This document shows positions 18,593-28,918 of a stretch of 64,000 nt of DNA, piece after piece; position 1 is the first letter of the stretch, and every line of letters starts with the position of its first letter. This DNA is from Dehalococcoidia bacterium (GTDB lineage: Bacteria; Chloroflexota; Dehalococcoidia; Lucifugimonadales; UBA3495), in assembly GCA_965204865.1 (NCBI GenBank), contig OZ242027.1, positions 3,011,986 to 3,075,985 of the forward strand, written 5' to 3'. The notes below the pieces were generated by a model that ran no database searches, was not told the DNA's origin, and saw only the letters and a program-made list of their open reading frames with translations. The position numbers and the translations under genes were made by a program.

Positions 18593-19600
18593 CTAGACGG
18601 AGGTGCAGGCAATGGCCTTGACGTTGGCGGCCATCCCCGGAAGGTCGTGGCCCTGCCAGGTGGCCCCGCCGTCGTGGGTGCCGAACACCTGCCCCTTGCG
18701 GGTGCAGAAGTAGACCGTCTGCGGGTCGCGCTCGTTGACCGCGATACCGAAGGTGGTGCTGGCTGGCTCCACGCCCTGGTCGAACCGGCTCCAGGTCTCG
18801 CCGGCGTCGGTGGAGCGCAGCACGCCGCCCTCCTCGCTGCCGAAGTTCAGGCCCACGCAGGCGTAGAGGGTGCTGGGGTCGTTGGGCGCGACCTCAACGC
18901 CGCGGGAGTAGCGGATGTTGGAGAAGTTCTCGAACTGGAGGTCGTCCCAGCTCTGCCCCCGGTCGCGGGTGCGCCAGACGCCGGTGCGGTTGGAGATGAA
19001 CACCTGCTCGCTGGCTCCCACGGTGACGCCGTGCAGGTCCATCAGGTCAACGTCGCCGTCGAAGACGCTGTTGACGATGGTCCAGGTCTTGCCGCCATCG
19101 GAGCTGTGGGCGGCTCCGCCCACTTCTAGTGCCGCGTACATCTGGTTGGTGTCGCTGCTCTCGATGCCGATGCCCAGGATGCGCGTAGCGAAGGCCATCT
19201 GCACGGCGTCGGGGTTGGCGACGGTGGACACGTACTCCCACTTCTCGCCGCTGTCGGTGCTCTTGAAGATCTCGGCGCCCTCGGTGCCGGCGAACATGAT
19301 GTTGGGGTCATGAGGATGGAACTTGATGGACCAGACGATGCGGCCCTCGGTCATGTTCATGCGCTCAAAGCTGTCACCGCCATCCTTGGAGCGGTAGATG
19401 CCGCGCTGGGTGCCCACGAAGATGGTCTGTGAGTCGTTGGGATGCACCACAATCTCGCGCACCTGCGGGGAGGGCGGCATACCCTTGGCCAGCTTTTCCC
19501 ATCGGGTATCGTTGGCTTCCTTGCGGTACAGCCCGTCGGCCTCGGCGCCGACGTAAATCAAAGTCCTGCCTGCCATAACGCTCTCCTCCATACCTGTCAT
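18593..19600 (-). CDS. BNR/sortilin-type beta-propeller (glycosyl hydrolase-like) protein
   Basis: Repeated Asp-box-like units: YRSKDGGDSFERM, FKSTDSGEKWEYV, WRTRDRGQSWDDL, LRSTDAGETWSRF. Confidence 0.8.
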   Translation of the reverse strand: MTGMEESVMAGRTLIYVGAEADGLYRKEANDTRWEKLAKGMPPSPQVREIVVHPNDSQTIFVGTQRGIYRSKDGGDSFERMNMTEGRIVWSIKFHPHDPNIMFAGTEGAEIFKSTDSGEKWEYVSTVANPDAVQMAFATRILGIGIESSDTNQMYAALEVGGAAHSSDGGKTWTIVNSVFDGDVDLMDLHGVTVGASEQVFISNRTGVWRTRDRGQSWDDLQFENFSNIRYSRGVEVAPNDPSTLYACVGLNFGSEEGGVLRSTDAGETWSRFDQGVEPASTTFGIAVNERDPQTVYFCTRKGQVFGTHDGGATWQGHDLPGMAANVKAIACTSV

Positions 19601-19749
19601 TCTGTCTGGTTATGTCCCAATTTCAGCAGACACGCCTGTTATTGTCAATTCCAGGCTGACTTACGCAACAAACTCATGCTCCCTCTCCCTCAAGGAAGAG
19701 GGTTAGGCTGAGGGTGAAATCGTTCAGAACAACGGCCCTTGACGAAGTT

Positions 19750-20436
19750 TCACCCCTCCCGCGCCAGCGTCAGCGCGTGAACCCTGACCGCTCCGGCGGC
19801 TTTCAGAGCCGTCGCGCACTCCGACAACGTGCTGCCGGTGGTCGCCACGTCGTCAATCAGCAGCGCGGTCAAGCCAGTAGCGTCGGCCCGGCACTCGAAG
19901 TCGTTGGCCACGTTCTCGCGCCGCTCCTGCTGTGATTGCGTTTCCACCTGTGGACGGGGATTCCTGACGCGGATGAGCAGGTCTTCCCGCACCGGCAGGT
20001 TCAAGCGCTTGCCAATCTCGCGGGCGAGCAGCGCCGACTGGTTGTAGCCCCGGCTGCGCAGGCGTCGTGGGTGGAGCGGCGCGGGAACCAGCACGTCCGC
20101 AGGTGCTGGGTTGCGCCCCAGATATTCCGCCATCAAGCCGGCCAGCGGCCCGGCCGCCGCTCGCTCGCCCTTGTACTTCAGCCGGTGTGTCGCATCCCGC
20201 ACCGGCCCATCGAAGAGGAAGGGCGAGCGCAACCAGTCGAAGCCCCGCGGGGACTGGCTGCACCAGTGGCAGAGGCCGCCGACGCCAGGGGCGGCACAGA
20301 CACGGCAGTAGGGCTGAGTCAGCTTGTCCAGCCCGTCAACGCACCTGGCGCAGACGACGCCGCCCTCACGCCCGCAGCCGGCGCAGTGGATGGGGAACAC
20401 GAGGTCAAGGGCAGAACAGACGAGCTTGGACAGCAA
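19750..20436 (-). CDS. comF: ComF family phosphoribosyltransferase-like protein
   Basis: CAGCGREGGVVCARC zinc finger; LLIDDVATTGSTLSECATALKAAGA PRPP-binding motif. Confidence 0.85.
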   Translation of the reverse strand: MLSKLVCSALDLVFPIHCAGCGREGGVVCARCVDGLDKLTQPYCRVCAAPGVGGLCHWCSQSPRGFDWLRSPFLFDGPVRDATHRLKYKGERAAAGPLAGLMAEYLGRNPAPADVLVPAPLHPRRLRSRGYNQSALLAREIGKRLNLPVREDLLIRVRNPRPQVETQSQQERRENVANDFECRADATGLTALLIDDVATTGSTLSECATALKAAGAVRVHALTLAREG

Positions 20437-20477
20437 GGTGGTTACGCCCTCACCCCTTCGACAGGCTCAGGACAGGC

Positions 20478-20990
20478 CTAACCTTCCCCCGGAAGGAGAG
20501 AGAATTTGGCTTGCCAGCGGGCCAGAATCTCGGTGTCGCGGCTGAAGGCCAGTTCCGGCGGCGCGTCGGGCGGGAAGAACGCAGCTTCCAGGGCCTCCGG
20601 CCCCGGGGCCAGCTCACCCCCAGTCTCTCGAGCAGTGAAGGCGGCTACGATAACTGGGTCGCCGGGGAGGGAGAACAGCCCGAGCAAGCCTTCTACCGTC
20701 ACTTCCAGGCCAGTTTCCTCCCAAGCCTCACGGGCTGCTGCCGACTCCACCACCTCACCCCGGTCTACGAACCCGCCCGGCAGGCTCCAGAGACCATAGC
20801 CCGAATCGGTGCCGCGCCGGATCATCAGCACCTTGCCGTCGCGCTCCACAACACAGACAGCCGCAACCTTCGGGTCGTAGAACACAACTCGCCCGCACTT
20901 TGGGCAGACGGGCCGCTCCACGCCGAAGACCTTCCGCCGCTCCAACGGTGTGGCGCAGGATGAACAGTATTTGTCGGGTGACGTAGTCAA
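20478..20990 (-). CDS. NUDIX hydrolase with N-terminal zinc ribbon
   Basis: CSSCATPLERR...RPVCPKCGR; GGFVDRGEVVESAAAREAWEETGLEV Nudix box. TTG start at 20990 inferred. Confidence 0.82.
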   Translation of the reverse strand: MTTSPDKYCSSCATPLERRKVFGVERPVCPKCGRVVFYDPKVAAVCVVERDGKVLMIRRGTDSGYGLWSLPGGFVDRGEVVESAAAREAWEETGLEVTVEGLLGLFSLPGDPVIVAAFTARETGGELAPGPEALEAAFFPPDAPPELAFSRDTEILARWQAKFSLLPGEG

Positions 20991-21119
20991 TCTTTTCCTT
21001 GGCCTTTCATCCTCACCCCAACCCTCTCCCTTGAAGGAGAGGGGGTTTTCCCTTAGGGCCGTAGCTATAATGATGTTTGCTATGTCTGACTTCGAGAAAT
21101 CCGCCGCCGCGAGCCGGAT

Positions 21120-21701
21120 ATGAAGCTGCCCAGCTGGCTGGGGCACCCTTACACCCACGCAGCGGCGCTGCTGTTGTCGCTGCTGGCGGCGGTGGCGGTC
21201 GTCGCGTTCATGGTAGGCACGCTGGAGTATACCAAGATGCGGGGACGACTGCTGCTAAGCGCCCTGCTGATGGCAGGCTACTTCCTGACCACTTTGATAG
21301 CCACCGGGGCGCCGAAAGACGGGGCGATGCGCTGGCTCTTTGCCGCAATCTTCGGCTGGGCAACTTTGGCCCTGCTTCTCTTGTTGTTTGGTCTGTGGGC
21401 GACTCCCGACTCCAACGAGTTCTGGAAGTCTGCCGCCGGGATTACTTTCGTGGCGTTTGGGATGTCCTTTGCTGGGCTGGCGCTCGGCCTCGGTTCGGGC
21501 ATAAGGTCGGCCAGAATTCTGGCATGGCTTTCCGCAATCCTAGCGGCACTGATGACTGTGATGACCGTGCTGGGGATTGCGTTTGAAATCGGGGCCACGC
21601 CCTACTGGTGGGGCTTCGTGCTGCCGGTAATGTGTTGGTTGGGCGCAAGCGTCGCGCTCATGGCCTTGCGATTCTGGCGGAGGCGAAATGCCGACGGGTA
21701 A
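21120..21701 (+). CDS. Multi-pass membrane protein, hypothetical
   Basis: 193-aa ORF, several hydrophobic segments. Confidence 0.55.
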   Translation: MKLPSWLGHPYTHAAALLLSLLAAVAVVAFMVGTLEYTKMRGRLLLSALLMAGYFLTTLIATGAPKDGAMRWLFAAIFGWATLALLLLLFGLWATPDSNEFWKSAAGITFVAFGMSFAGLALGLGSGIRSARILAWLSAILAALMTVMTVLGIAFEIGATPYWWGFVLPVMCWLGASVALMALRFWRRRNADG

Positions 21702-21707
21702 CTCGCC

Positions 21708-22640
21708 CTATCCCGACGCCAGCAGCGCGTCCACCGCCGCCCGCGTCGGCATCGAGTCCTGCGCCCCAGTGGTGGTTACCGCCAACGCTCCGGCGGCACA
21801 GGCGACGCGCACCGCGTCGGACATAAGCATCCCCTCGGCCAGGCAGACGGCCAGCGTGCCATTGAAGGCGTCCCCGGCGGCCACCGTGTCCACTGCACGA
21901 ACGGAGAAGGCAGGTTGAAACCCCGATGCTTCCGCCGACACGTAGAAGGCTCCCTGAGCTCCCAGCTTGACCACGGCGGCCTCGGCCCCACGGGATATTA
22001 TGGCCTCCGCCGCCCTGGCTGCCGTATCCTGGTTGTTGACTGGGAAGCCCACTATGGCTTCGGCCTCAGTCTCGTTTGGGGTAACGATGTTGCAATAGTG
22101 CAGCAGGGCAGGCGGCATGGCGCGAACGGGGCCTGGGTCCAGGATAACCGTCTTGCCTGTGCCCCGCGCCTCCCGCGCTGCGGACAGTGATACTTCCATA
22201 GGAACTTCAAGTTGCAGCATCAACGTGTGTGCGCCCAGCAGGGCTGCGGCCACGGCACTGGCCTGCTCTGCTCCGCAGGTGGAGTTTGCGCCCAACACCT
22301 GGATGATGCGGTTCTGGCCGGTACGGTCTATGCAGATGGAGGCTATGCCCGACGATTCCCCCGGCGTAACAGACACCCAGGACACGTCGATTCCCTCGGA
22401 GCGCAGACCGTCCACCAGTTGCGGGCCGAAGATGTCGTCGCCGACGCGGCCCACCATCGCCGTCCGTGCCCCCATCCTAGCCACCGCGACGGCCTGGTTG
22501 GCCCCCTTGCCGCCGGCGTAGGTGAGGAACCGGTCGCCAGCGATAGTTTCTCCGGTTCCGGGGAACCGGTCAGAGTAAGTCACCAAGTCCATGTTGATGC
22601 CGCCCAGCACCACCACCCCCGGCGCTCTGCCCAAGCTCAT
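21708..22640 (-). CDS. rbsK: Ribokinase / PfkB family sugar kinase
   Basis: GGINMDLVTYSDRFPGTGETIAGDRFLTYAGGKGANQAVAVARMGA; DTVAAGDAFNGTLAVCLAEG. Confidence 0.85.
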   Translation of the reverse strand: MSLGRAPGVVVLGGINMDLVTYSDRFPGTGETIAGDRFLTYAGGKGANQAVAVARMGARTAMVGRVGDDIFGPQLVDGLRSEGIDVSWVSVTPGESSGIASICIDRTGQNRIIQVLGANSTCGAEQASAVAAALLGAHTLMLQLEVPMEVSLSAAREARGTGKTVILDPGPVRAMPPALLHYCNIVTPNETEAEAIVGFPVNNQDTAARAAEAIISRGAEAAVVKLGAQGAFYVSAEASGFQPAFSVRAVDTVAAGDAFNGTLAVCLAEGMLMSDAVRVACAAGALAVTTTGAQDSMPTRAAVDALLASG

Positions 22641-22804
22641 AATCCCCTCCCCTCACAGTCCATCCCAATATACGGTGAATGGACTTTCAGCCAACCCTAG
22701 CACCCTCCGCAATTGCCGGTCAATCACTGTGACCGGCTATCTCCGTGCTATAATCGGCGAGTTGTGAAAAGATTTACAATTACAGTTTACCGGAGAACAT
22801 AGAC

Positions 22805-23998
22805 ATGGCCGCTGCGTTGGACGACATCAAGGTTGTGGACTTGACCCGCACTCTGGCCGGCCCTTTCTGCACCATGCTGCTGGGCGACATGGGGGCCGAC
22901 GTGGTGAAGATTGAGGAGCCCTCGCTAGGAGACGAAATACGCCACTGGACCCCCTTCTGGAACGGCGAAAGCACCCAGTTCGTAACCTTCAATCGCAACA
23001 AGCGCAGCATCACCGTCAACCTCAAAGAGCCGGAGGGCGTGGAGTTGGTGCGCCAGATGGCCGCCGACGCCGACGTGATGATTGAGAGCTTCCGGGCCGG
23101 AACTCTCGAGCGCATGGGCTTGGGATACGACGACATCAGCACGGCGAACCCCGGCATCGTTTACTGCTCCATCTCCGGCTACGGACGCACCGGCCCCATG
23201 GCCGATATGCCGGGCTACGACCTGATAATCCAGGCATACAGCGGCCTGATGCACCTTACCGGCGAACCCGACGGGCTGCCGCAGCGGGTGGGATTCTCGC
23301 TGGTGGACCTCTTCACCGGGATGATGGCTTACGGGACGATATTGACGGCCCTGCGCCAGCGAGACCGCACCGGCAAGGGCCAGTGGGTTGAGGCCGCGCT
23401 CCTGGACGGGCAGGTGGCTGCCCTCAGCTATCACGCCACCCGCTACCTCGGCACTGGAGAAGACCCGGAGCGGATGGGGTCCGGACACCCCAGCCTGGTG
23501 CCGTATCAGAGCTTCGCCTCATCCGACGGCTACTTCATCGTCGGCTGCGCCAACCAGGGGCTGTGGGAAAGGATGTGCCGGGGCATCAGGCGGGATGACC
23601 TGCTGGAGGACCCCCGCTTCGTCACCAACACCGACCGGGTGGCTCACCGGGAAGAGTGCGTCGGAATCCTGATGCAAGAGTTCAAGCACAAGTCCACGGA
23701 GCATTGGGTGAAGGTCATCAATGGGGCGGGAGTGCCGTGCGGGCCGATCAACAAGGTGTCGGAGGTAGTTACCAACCCGCAGGTGCTGGCCAGGAACATG
23801 ATTGCCGAGATGGAGCACCCCAACGTCCCCAAGCTGAAGACCCCCGGCTCGCCGCTGAAGCTCACCGACTCGCCGGCCTTCATCCGCCGGCCGCCGCCCC
23901 TGCTGGGCCAACACAACGACGAAGTATTGAAGGAGCAGGGCTTCACCGCAGAACAGATTGCCGACCTGCGAGAGCGGGGGGTTATTGGCAACAACTAG
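22805..23998 (+). CDS. CaiB/BaiF family CoA transferase (class III)
   Basis: VVDLTRTLAGPFCTMLLGDMGADVVKIEEPSLGDEIRHW. Confidence 0.9.
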   Translation: MAAALDDIKVVDLTRTLAGPFCTMLLGDMGADVVKIEEPSLGDEIRHWTPFWNGESTQFVTFNRNKRSITVNLKEPEGVELVRQMAADADVMIESFRAGTLERMGLGYDDISTANPGIVYCSISGYGRTGPMADMPGYDLIIQAYSGLMHLTGEPDGLPQRVGFSLVDLFTGMMAYGTILTALRQRDRTGKGQWVEAALLDGQVAALSYHATRYLGTGEDPERMGSGHPSLVPYQSFASSDGYFIVGCANQGLWERMCRGIRRDDLLEDPRFVTNTDRVAHREECVGILMQEFKHKSTEHWVKVINGAGVPCGPINKVSEVVTNPQVLARNMIAEMEHPNVPKLKTPGSPLKLTDSPAFIRRPPPLLGQHNDEVLKEQGFTAEQIADLRERGVIGNN

Positions 23999-24050
23999 GC
24001 AAGCCAGTCCGGATAAAGGTATATCGGAAGCATTAGGAGCAGCCCTACCT

Positions 24051-24767
24051 ATGAAGAAACTCCGCCTCATCCACACGTCCGACACCCACCTAGGCGACCC
24101 TGCCGGACACCCCCGGGCCGAGGAGGTGCTGGCGTCGGTAGTGGACGTGGTGGATCGCCTGAACGCCGACGCACTGCTGCTGGCTGGCGATGTGTTCGAC
24201 AACGAGCGAGTTACCGACGATGTGGTGGAGCAGTTCGTGGCACAGATAACGCGGCTGGACGCGCCAGCCATCGTGCTGCCCGGCAACCACGACCTGGCCC
24301 ACAAGACCTCGGTGTACCGCCGCCCGCCCTTCGATGAGGCTCCGTCCAACCTGCGCGTAATTCACAACCCGGAAGGCGAAACCTTGGCCTTCCCTGACCT
24401 GAGACTGGAGCTTTGGGGCCGCGCCATGCTGTCGCACACGCCGGACTTCCGCCCGCTGGCCGGGATGCCGAAGCCGACGGAAGGGCACTGGCTGGTGGCA
24501 CTGGCCCACGGGCATTTCCACTTCGAGAACGACCGGGACCAACGCTCGTCGCCCATCTATCCCGACGACGTCGCCGCATCCAACTGCCACTACCTCGCCC
24601 TGGGTCACTGGGACCGCCATGCCGACGTATCCCGCGCCGACACCACCGCCGTATACTCCGGCTGTCCCTACGGCCCTATCGGCGCGCCGGAGCAGGGCGC
24701 GGTCTGCGTGGTGGAGCTGGACCCGGAGGAGGGGGTGAGCTACCGTCTGGAGCTGCTGGCGGGGTAG
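24051..24767 (+). CDS. Metallophosphoesterase
   Basis: IHTSDTHLGDPAG...ALLLAGDVFDN...VLPGNHD...LGHWDRH. Confidence 0.82.
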   Translation: MKKLRLIHTSDTHLGDPAGHPRAEEVLASVVDVVDRLNADALLLAGDVFDNERVTDDVVEQFVAQITRLDAPAIVLPGNHDLAHKTSVYRRPPFDEAPSNLRVIHNPEGETLAFPDLRLELWGRAMLSHTPDFRPLAGMPKPTEGHWLVALAHGHFHFENDRDQRSSPIYPDDVAASNCHYLALGHWDRHADVSRADTTAVYSGCPYGPIGAPEQGAVCVVELDPEEGVSYRLELLAG

Positions 24768-26246
24768 CTAACGGCCTCCGCCGTTGGGCAGTATGCCTCG
24801 AATTCGCAACTGTGTAATCAAGTGCTCTTGAGTTCGGTCCCCTTTGACCGAGTTGCAGGCTTGGCAAAGCAGTTGCAGGTTGCTGTCAATGTTCTGCCCG
24901 CCGCGTGCTGTGGGGATGATGTGATCGATGGTCATGTTGCGGAAGGGAAATAGAGTCTGGCATCCGTTGCAGATTCCTTCTTGCCTGCCGTATAGGACGT
25001 GTTTTATGTCACGGGAGCGTACTGCCTCGCCGCTGTCCGTTCTCACTGGCACGTCGGTGCGATGGGTGACATTGGCCAGCATACTGGGGCGGTCACCGTT
25101 ACCAACGTGAACCTCGCGTTCCAGCCGATCTCTGACCAGCCGGAAGGCCATCTCGCTGATGTCTATCCCAATCCACTGCCGCCCCAGCTTTTCCGCTGCT
25201 ACGCAGGCCGTGGCACACCCGCAGAACGGGTCGAAAACCACATCGCCCTCAATGGATGATGCGCCAACGATACGCTCCAATAGGCGCAGCGGCTTTTGAG
25301 TGGGATAGCCCGTGCGCTCTCTGGAACGGGCTGATATGGGCCTGATGTCATCCCACAGGTTGGTAGGCACCTGTCCAGGATTGGCAGCCAAGTAGCGCTT
25401 GATTCGAGGCATCCCGTCTGATTCGGAGTACTGGATCATGTTGGCGGCGTCTAAAGCATCCAGCCTGGCGTGTACACCGGTTATTTCCGTATATCCGGGA
25501 ATCACCTGATTGCTAATCCACTCCGCGTATCTTCCTGTACGGGGCACTGCCCAATGGCGATTATTGGAGTTCGGGTCATAAGTGCGCCAAGGAAGTCCTG
25601 TTTCCCCCTGCCTAGGACCAGCCCCGGTTAAATCACCAACCTGATACTGTCCCCTTGCGTCCGAGTGCCGGTAGAAAGACTCAACGTACTCGCGGTCTAA
25701 TGGAACTCGAATTGAATCTGCGTTTATATCGCCGGTACCGTAAACGATGATGCGGTCGCATACATTACCGAAGCGCCGTGAGTCATTGTGGGCCGAGGTG
25801 CGCCGCCAAGTTATCTCAGTTTGGAACAGTGCAGCACCAAACACCGCGTCCAGTAACATTTTCAGGTAGTGGCTGGCCGTCTGATCGCAATGCAGATACA
25901 GGGTGCCGCCAGGTTTGAGTATCCGTTGCATTTCCAGCAGGCGGATAGCCATATAGGTGAGGTATGCCTTGGTGCTTCTGCTTGCGACGGTTCCAGTGGC
26001 GTTGAGCATCTCGTGGACGCCTGGATGCTCGTCCGCGATTTGGCCGATCCACGCCTCATCTAAGTCGCTCAGCGTCCAAGTATCCTTGAACGCCGCGCCC
26101 GCCGCCTCACTGCCAATGGGGGCAGCGTAGTTGGTGTTGGAATTAAAAGGCGGATCAAGATAAATGAGGTCAATGGACTCACTGTCCATTCCCCGCATAA
26201 CTTCCAGATTGTCGCGGGTGAATATGGTGCGGTTGGCGATTTGCAT
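24768..26246 (-). CDS. Beta-class DNA methyltransferase fused to a C-terminal HNH endonuclease domain
   Basis: LIYLDPPFNSNTNY (motif IV), VFDPFCGCATACVAAEKLGRQWIGIDI (motif I), C-terminal CNGCQTLFPFRNMTIDHIIPTARGGQNIDSNLQLLCQACNSVKGDR (HNH). Confidence 0.85.
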   Translation of the reverse strand: MQIANRTIFTRDNLEVMRGMDSESIDLIYLDPPFNSNTNYAAPIGSEAAGAAFKDTWTLSDLDEAWIGQIADEHPGVHEMLNATGTVASRSTKAYLTYMAIRLLEMQRILKPGGTLYLHCDQTASHYLKMLLDAVFGAALFQTEITWRRTSAHNDSRRFGNVCDRIIVYGTGDINADSIRVPLDREYVESFYRHSDARGQYQVGDLTGAGPRQGETGLPWRTYDPNSNNRHWAVPRTGRYAEWISNQVIPGYTEITGVHARLDALDAANMIQYSESDGMPRIKRYLAANPGQVPTNLWDDIRPISARSRERTGYPTQKPLRLLERIVGASSIEGDVVFDPFCGCATACVAAEKLGRQWIGIDISEMAFRLVRDRLEREVHVGNGDRPSMLANVTHRTDVPVRTDSGEAVRSRDIKHVLYGRQEGICNGCQTLFPFRNMTIDHIIPTARGGQNIDSNLQLLCQACNSVKGDRTQEHLITQLRIRGILPNGGGR

Positions 26247-26366
26247 GGGAGTTCCATCCGGGTCGAGTTGGCTATCGGCGTCCCCACCAGCGCATTATAC
26301 TTGGGTCATAAGAAGTCGTCTTTGCCTTGCTGTCAGTCACTATCACTGTTTTTGGAGGAGACTACT

Positions 26367-27248
26367 ATGAAACGGCTCACCCGCGACCACAAGATATATG
26401 TCCTCGACCCGGCCAATCCGCCGGCCATCACTATTGATTCCGGCGAGGAGCTGACTATCGAGACGTGGGATGCCTTTGAGGGCATCCGCGATCCGCAGGC
26501 GCTGGACGAGAAGCAGCTCAAGGGCCCGGCCATTGGGCCTATCTATGTGAACGGCGCGGAGCCGGGGGATGCCCTGCGCGTGGACTTCATCAGCGTCACG
26601 CCCCGGGCCGACGAGGGAGCGGCGCACATGGTGTCGCCGGGGCGCGGGTTCCTAGAGCAGGAGTTCGACCGGGCCTATCCCACGGTGATGACCATTGCGG
26701 ACGGCCATGTGGTGCTGCCCAGCGGTATCAAATTGCCGCTGAACCCGTCCATGGGCCTGGTTGCCACCACGCCCACCTATCCGCAGCAGACGGCCAGCGA
26801 CAGCGGGCCATACGGCGGCGACATTGACATCAAGGAGCTGGTGGAGGGCAGCACGCTGTGGCTGCCGGTGTTCGTGGAGGGCGGTCTGTTGGCCATGGGC
26901 GACTGCCACGCCGTGGTGGGCGACGGCGCGGTGGGCGGCACCGGCGCCGAGTGCGCCGCTGACAGCCACATCCGCGTCACCGTCGAGAAGGGCATGGGCA
27001 TCGAATGCCCCCAAGCCATGACGCCCGACTACTTCGTGGTGCTGTACTACGGCGAAGAGCTGGGTCCGGCCATGAAGGGCGCCGTCCGCGCGATAGTTGA
27101 CTTCCTGGTGCGCGAGAAGGGCATGGAACCCTACGACGCCTACACCCTCCTGAGCCTGGCTGGCGACGTGCGGATGTCCCGCACCTTCCGCCCCATCAGC
27201 CCGGTGAAGATGATGCTGGCCCGCCAGGCGCTGGAGCAGTTGGGGTAG
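26367..27248 (+). CDS. Acetamidase/formamidase family protein
   Basis: KGPAIGPIYVNGAEPGDALRVDFISV...VEGSTLWLPVFVEGGLLAMGDCHAVVGDGAVGGTGAE; ggaggag before ATG 26367. Confidence 0.85.
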   Translation: MKRLTRDHKIYVLDPANPPAITIDSGEELTIETWDAFEGIRDPQALDEKQLKGPAIGPIYVNGAEPGDALRVDFISVTPRADEGAAHMVSPGRGFLEQEFDRAYPTVMTIADGHVVLPSGIKLPLNPSMGLVATTPTYPQQTASDSGPYGGDIDIKELVEGSTLWLPVFVEGGLLAMGDCHAVVGDGAVGGTGAECAADSHIRVTVEKGMGIECPQAMTPDYFVVLYYGEELGPAMKGAVRAIVDFLVREKGMEPYDAYTLLSLAGDVRMSRTFRPISPVKMMLARQALEQLG

Positions 27249-27341
27249 GAGTTGCACAAGACGAAGCGAAACCCGTCTGTCCTTCGACAAGCTCAGGATG
27301 AACGAATTTCTCTGTGTCCAGCACGTGTGAAATTCCTTTTT

Positions 27342-28763
27342 CTACCGTCGCAGCGCCGCCCGCAGCGAGTACGACTGCGGCGAAATCGCCAGCCCGAACA
27401 CCTCGTCCTCCGGCAGCGGGTTGCCGTCCGGCCTCTCGAAGCGCAGCTTGTGCAGCATCCGGGTGATGTGCAGCCAGACCGTGGTTTCGGCGAAGCGGCG
27501 GCCGGGGCAGCGGCGGTGGCCGGTGCCGAAGGGGATGTAGGCCGGGCTGGTCAGCACGGGCGACATCGAGCCGTCAGGTTGGGGCAGGAATCGCTCCGGG
27601 ATGAACTCGTCGGGCGCGTCCCAGTAACGCGGGTTGTGGTGGATGGAGTAGATGTTGCCCAGGACCTGGGTTCTCGCCGGTATCCGGTAGCCGCCGATTT
27701 CCGTGTCCTCTGAGGCCATGTGCGGCAGGCCCAACGGGCCGATGGTGCGGTAGCGCATGGACTCGGCCAGGCAGGCGAAGGTGTAAGGCAAGCGCGTCCG
27801 GTCGTCCACTGTGGGCAGGGCGTCGTGGCCGATGACGCTATCCAGTTCCTCGTGGACTCTGGCCTGAATCTCCGGGCGGTTGGCCAGCAGCAACAGGAAC
27901 CAGTTGACCGTCTGCGCCGAAGTGTCGGTGCCGGCGATGAGCAAGTCCATGCATAGGTCGCAGGTCATGTCGTTGGTGATTTCGCCTGATTCCTCTCTGG
28001 ACAGCATCACCTCCACCAGGCAGGTGGGCGCCGAAAGGTCGAGACCGGGGCGGTTGCGGGCGGCTTCCACCAGGTCGCGGATGAGGGCTCCGCCGATTTC
28101 CGCCTGCCGAACGGCTTCCTTCAAGGCATTGCTGGGCAGGAGACGCAGCCAGGGGATGTAGTCAGCCAGGTTGGTGGCGGTGGCGCTGGCGAAAATGAAG
28201 TTGATATAGTCCAGCAGCGTATCCCGTTGTTGCAGGAACTCCGCGGTGTCGTCATCTTCCCGCCCGAAGACGGAGCGGAACATCAGCAGGGAGTTGCTGC
28301 GGGCCGTCATCACCATGGGCAGAACCGGCTCGCCGGCGTCGCCGTGCCGGGCCATTTGCTCCACTAGGCTGTTCACCACCCGCTCGATGTGCTGCTCGCG
28401 GACGTTATCAATGTTGCGGGCGCTCAACAGTTCCCGGTTGGCGAAGCGCTGCATCTGCCGCCAGTGGTCGCCGTAAGGGGCCATCACCAGGTCTTTCTGC
28501 CCGCTGAGGGCGTTCATAATTTCGCTGACCCAGCGATCGGCCAGTTCGGTCTTGCCGAAGGCGTCCTGCAACATTTCCGCGTTGCTGATTATCACTGTCG
28601 GCACGCTGCCGAAGCGCATCAGGCAGATGTCGCCGTAGCGCCGGGCCAGCCGGTCGATGGCGAGGTGAGTGTCGTGGCGTATCTCCAGCAGTGAGCCGAA
28701 CACAGGCATGCCGCGCGGACCCGGAGGCAGATTTTTGGGTAGAGTGGTAGTTACGGCGCTCAT
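27342..28763 (-). CDS. Cytochrome P450
   Basis: AGTDTSAQTVNW I-helix, YIPFGTGHRRCPGRRFAET heme-binding loop. Confidence 0.92.
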   Translation of the reverse strand: MSAVTTTLPKNLPPGPRGMPVFGSLLEIRHDTHLAIDRLARRYGDICLMRFGSVPTVIISNAEMLQDAFGKTELADRWVSEIMNALSGQKDLVMAPYGDHWRQMQRFANRELLSARNIDNVREQHIERVVNSLVEQMARHGDAGEPVLPMVMTARSNSLLMFRSVFGREDDDTAEFLQQRDTLLDYINFIFASATATNLADYIPWLRLLPSNALKEAVRQAEIGGALIRDLVEAARNRPGLDLSAPTCLVEVMLSREESGEITNDMTCDLCMDLLIAGTDTSAQTVNWFLLLLANRPEIQARVHEELDSVIGHDALPTVDDRTRLPYTFACLAESMRYRTIGPLGLPHMASEDTEIGGYRIPARTQVLGNIYSIHHNPRYWDAPDEFIPERFLPQPDGSMSPVLTSPAYIPFGTGHRRCPGRRFAETTVWLHITRMLHKLRFERPDGNPLPEDEVFGLAISPQSYSLRAALRR

Positions 28764-28918
28764 CTGTGCCACCTCTTCACGAAACACGGGGTGATTCAAT
28801 AGGAAAACCCCCTCCTCTCCACTTTAACAAAGGAGGGGGCCATGCAACAGGGGCAATTTCGTAATGCGGCCACCGTCGCACCATAATCCGGCGCAATAGT
28901 GAGCGAGAACTGCGACTT

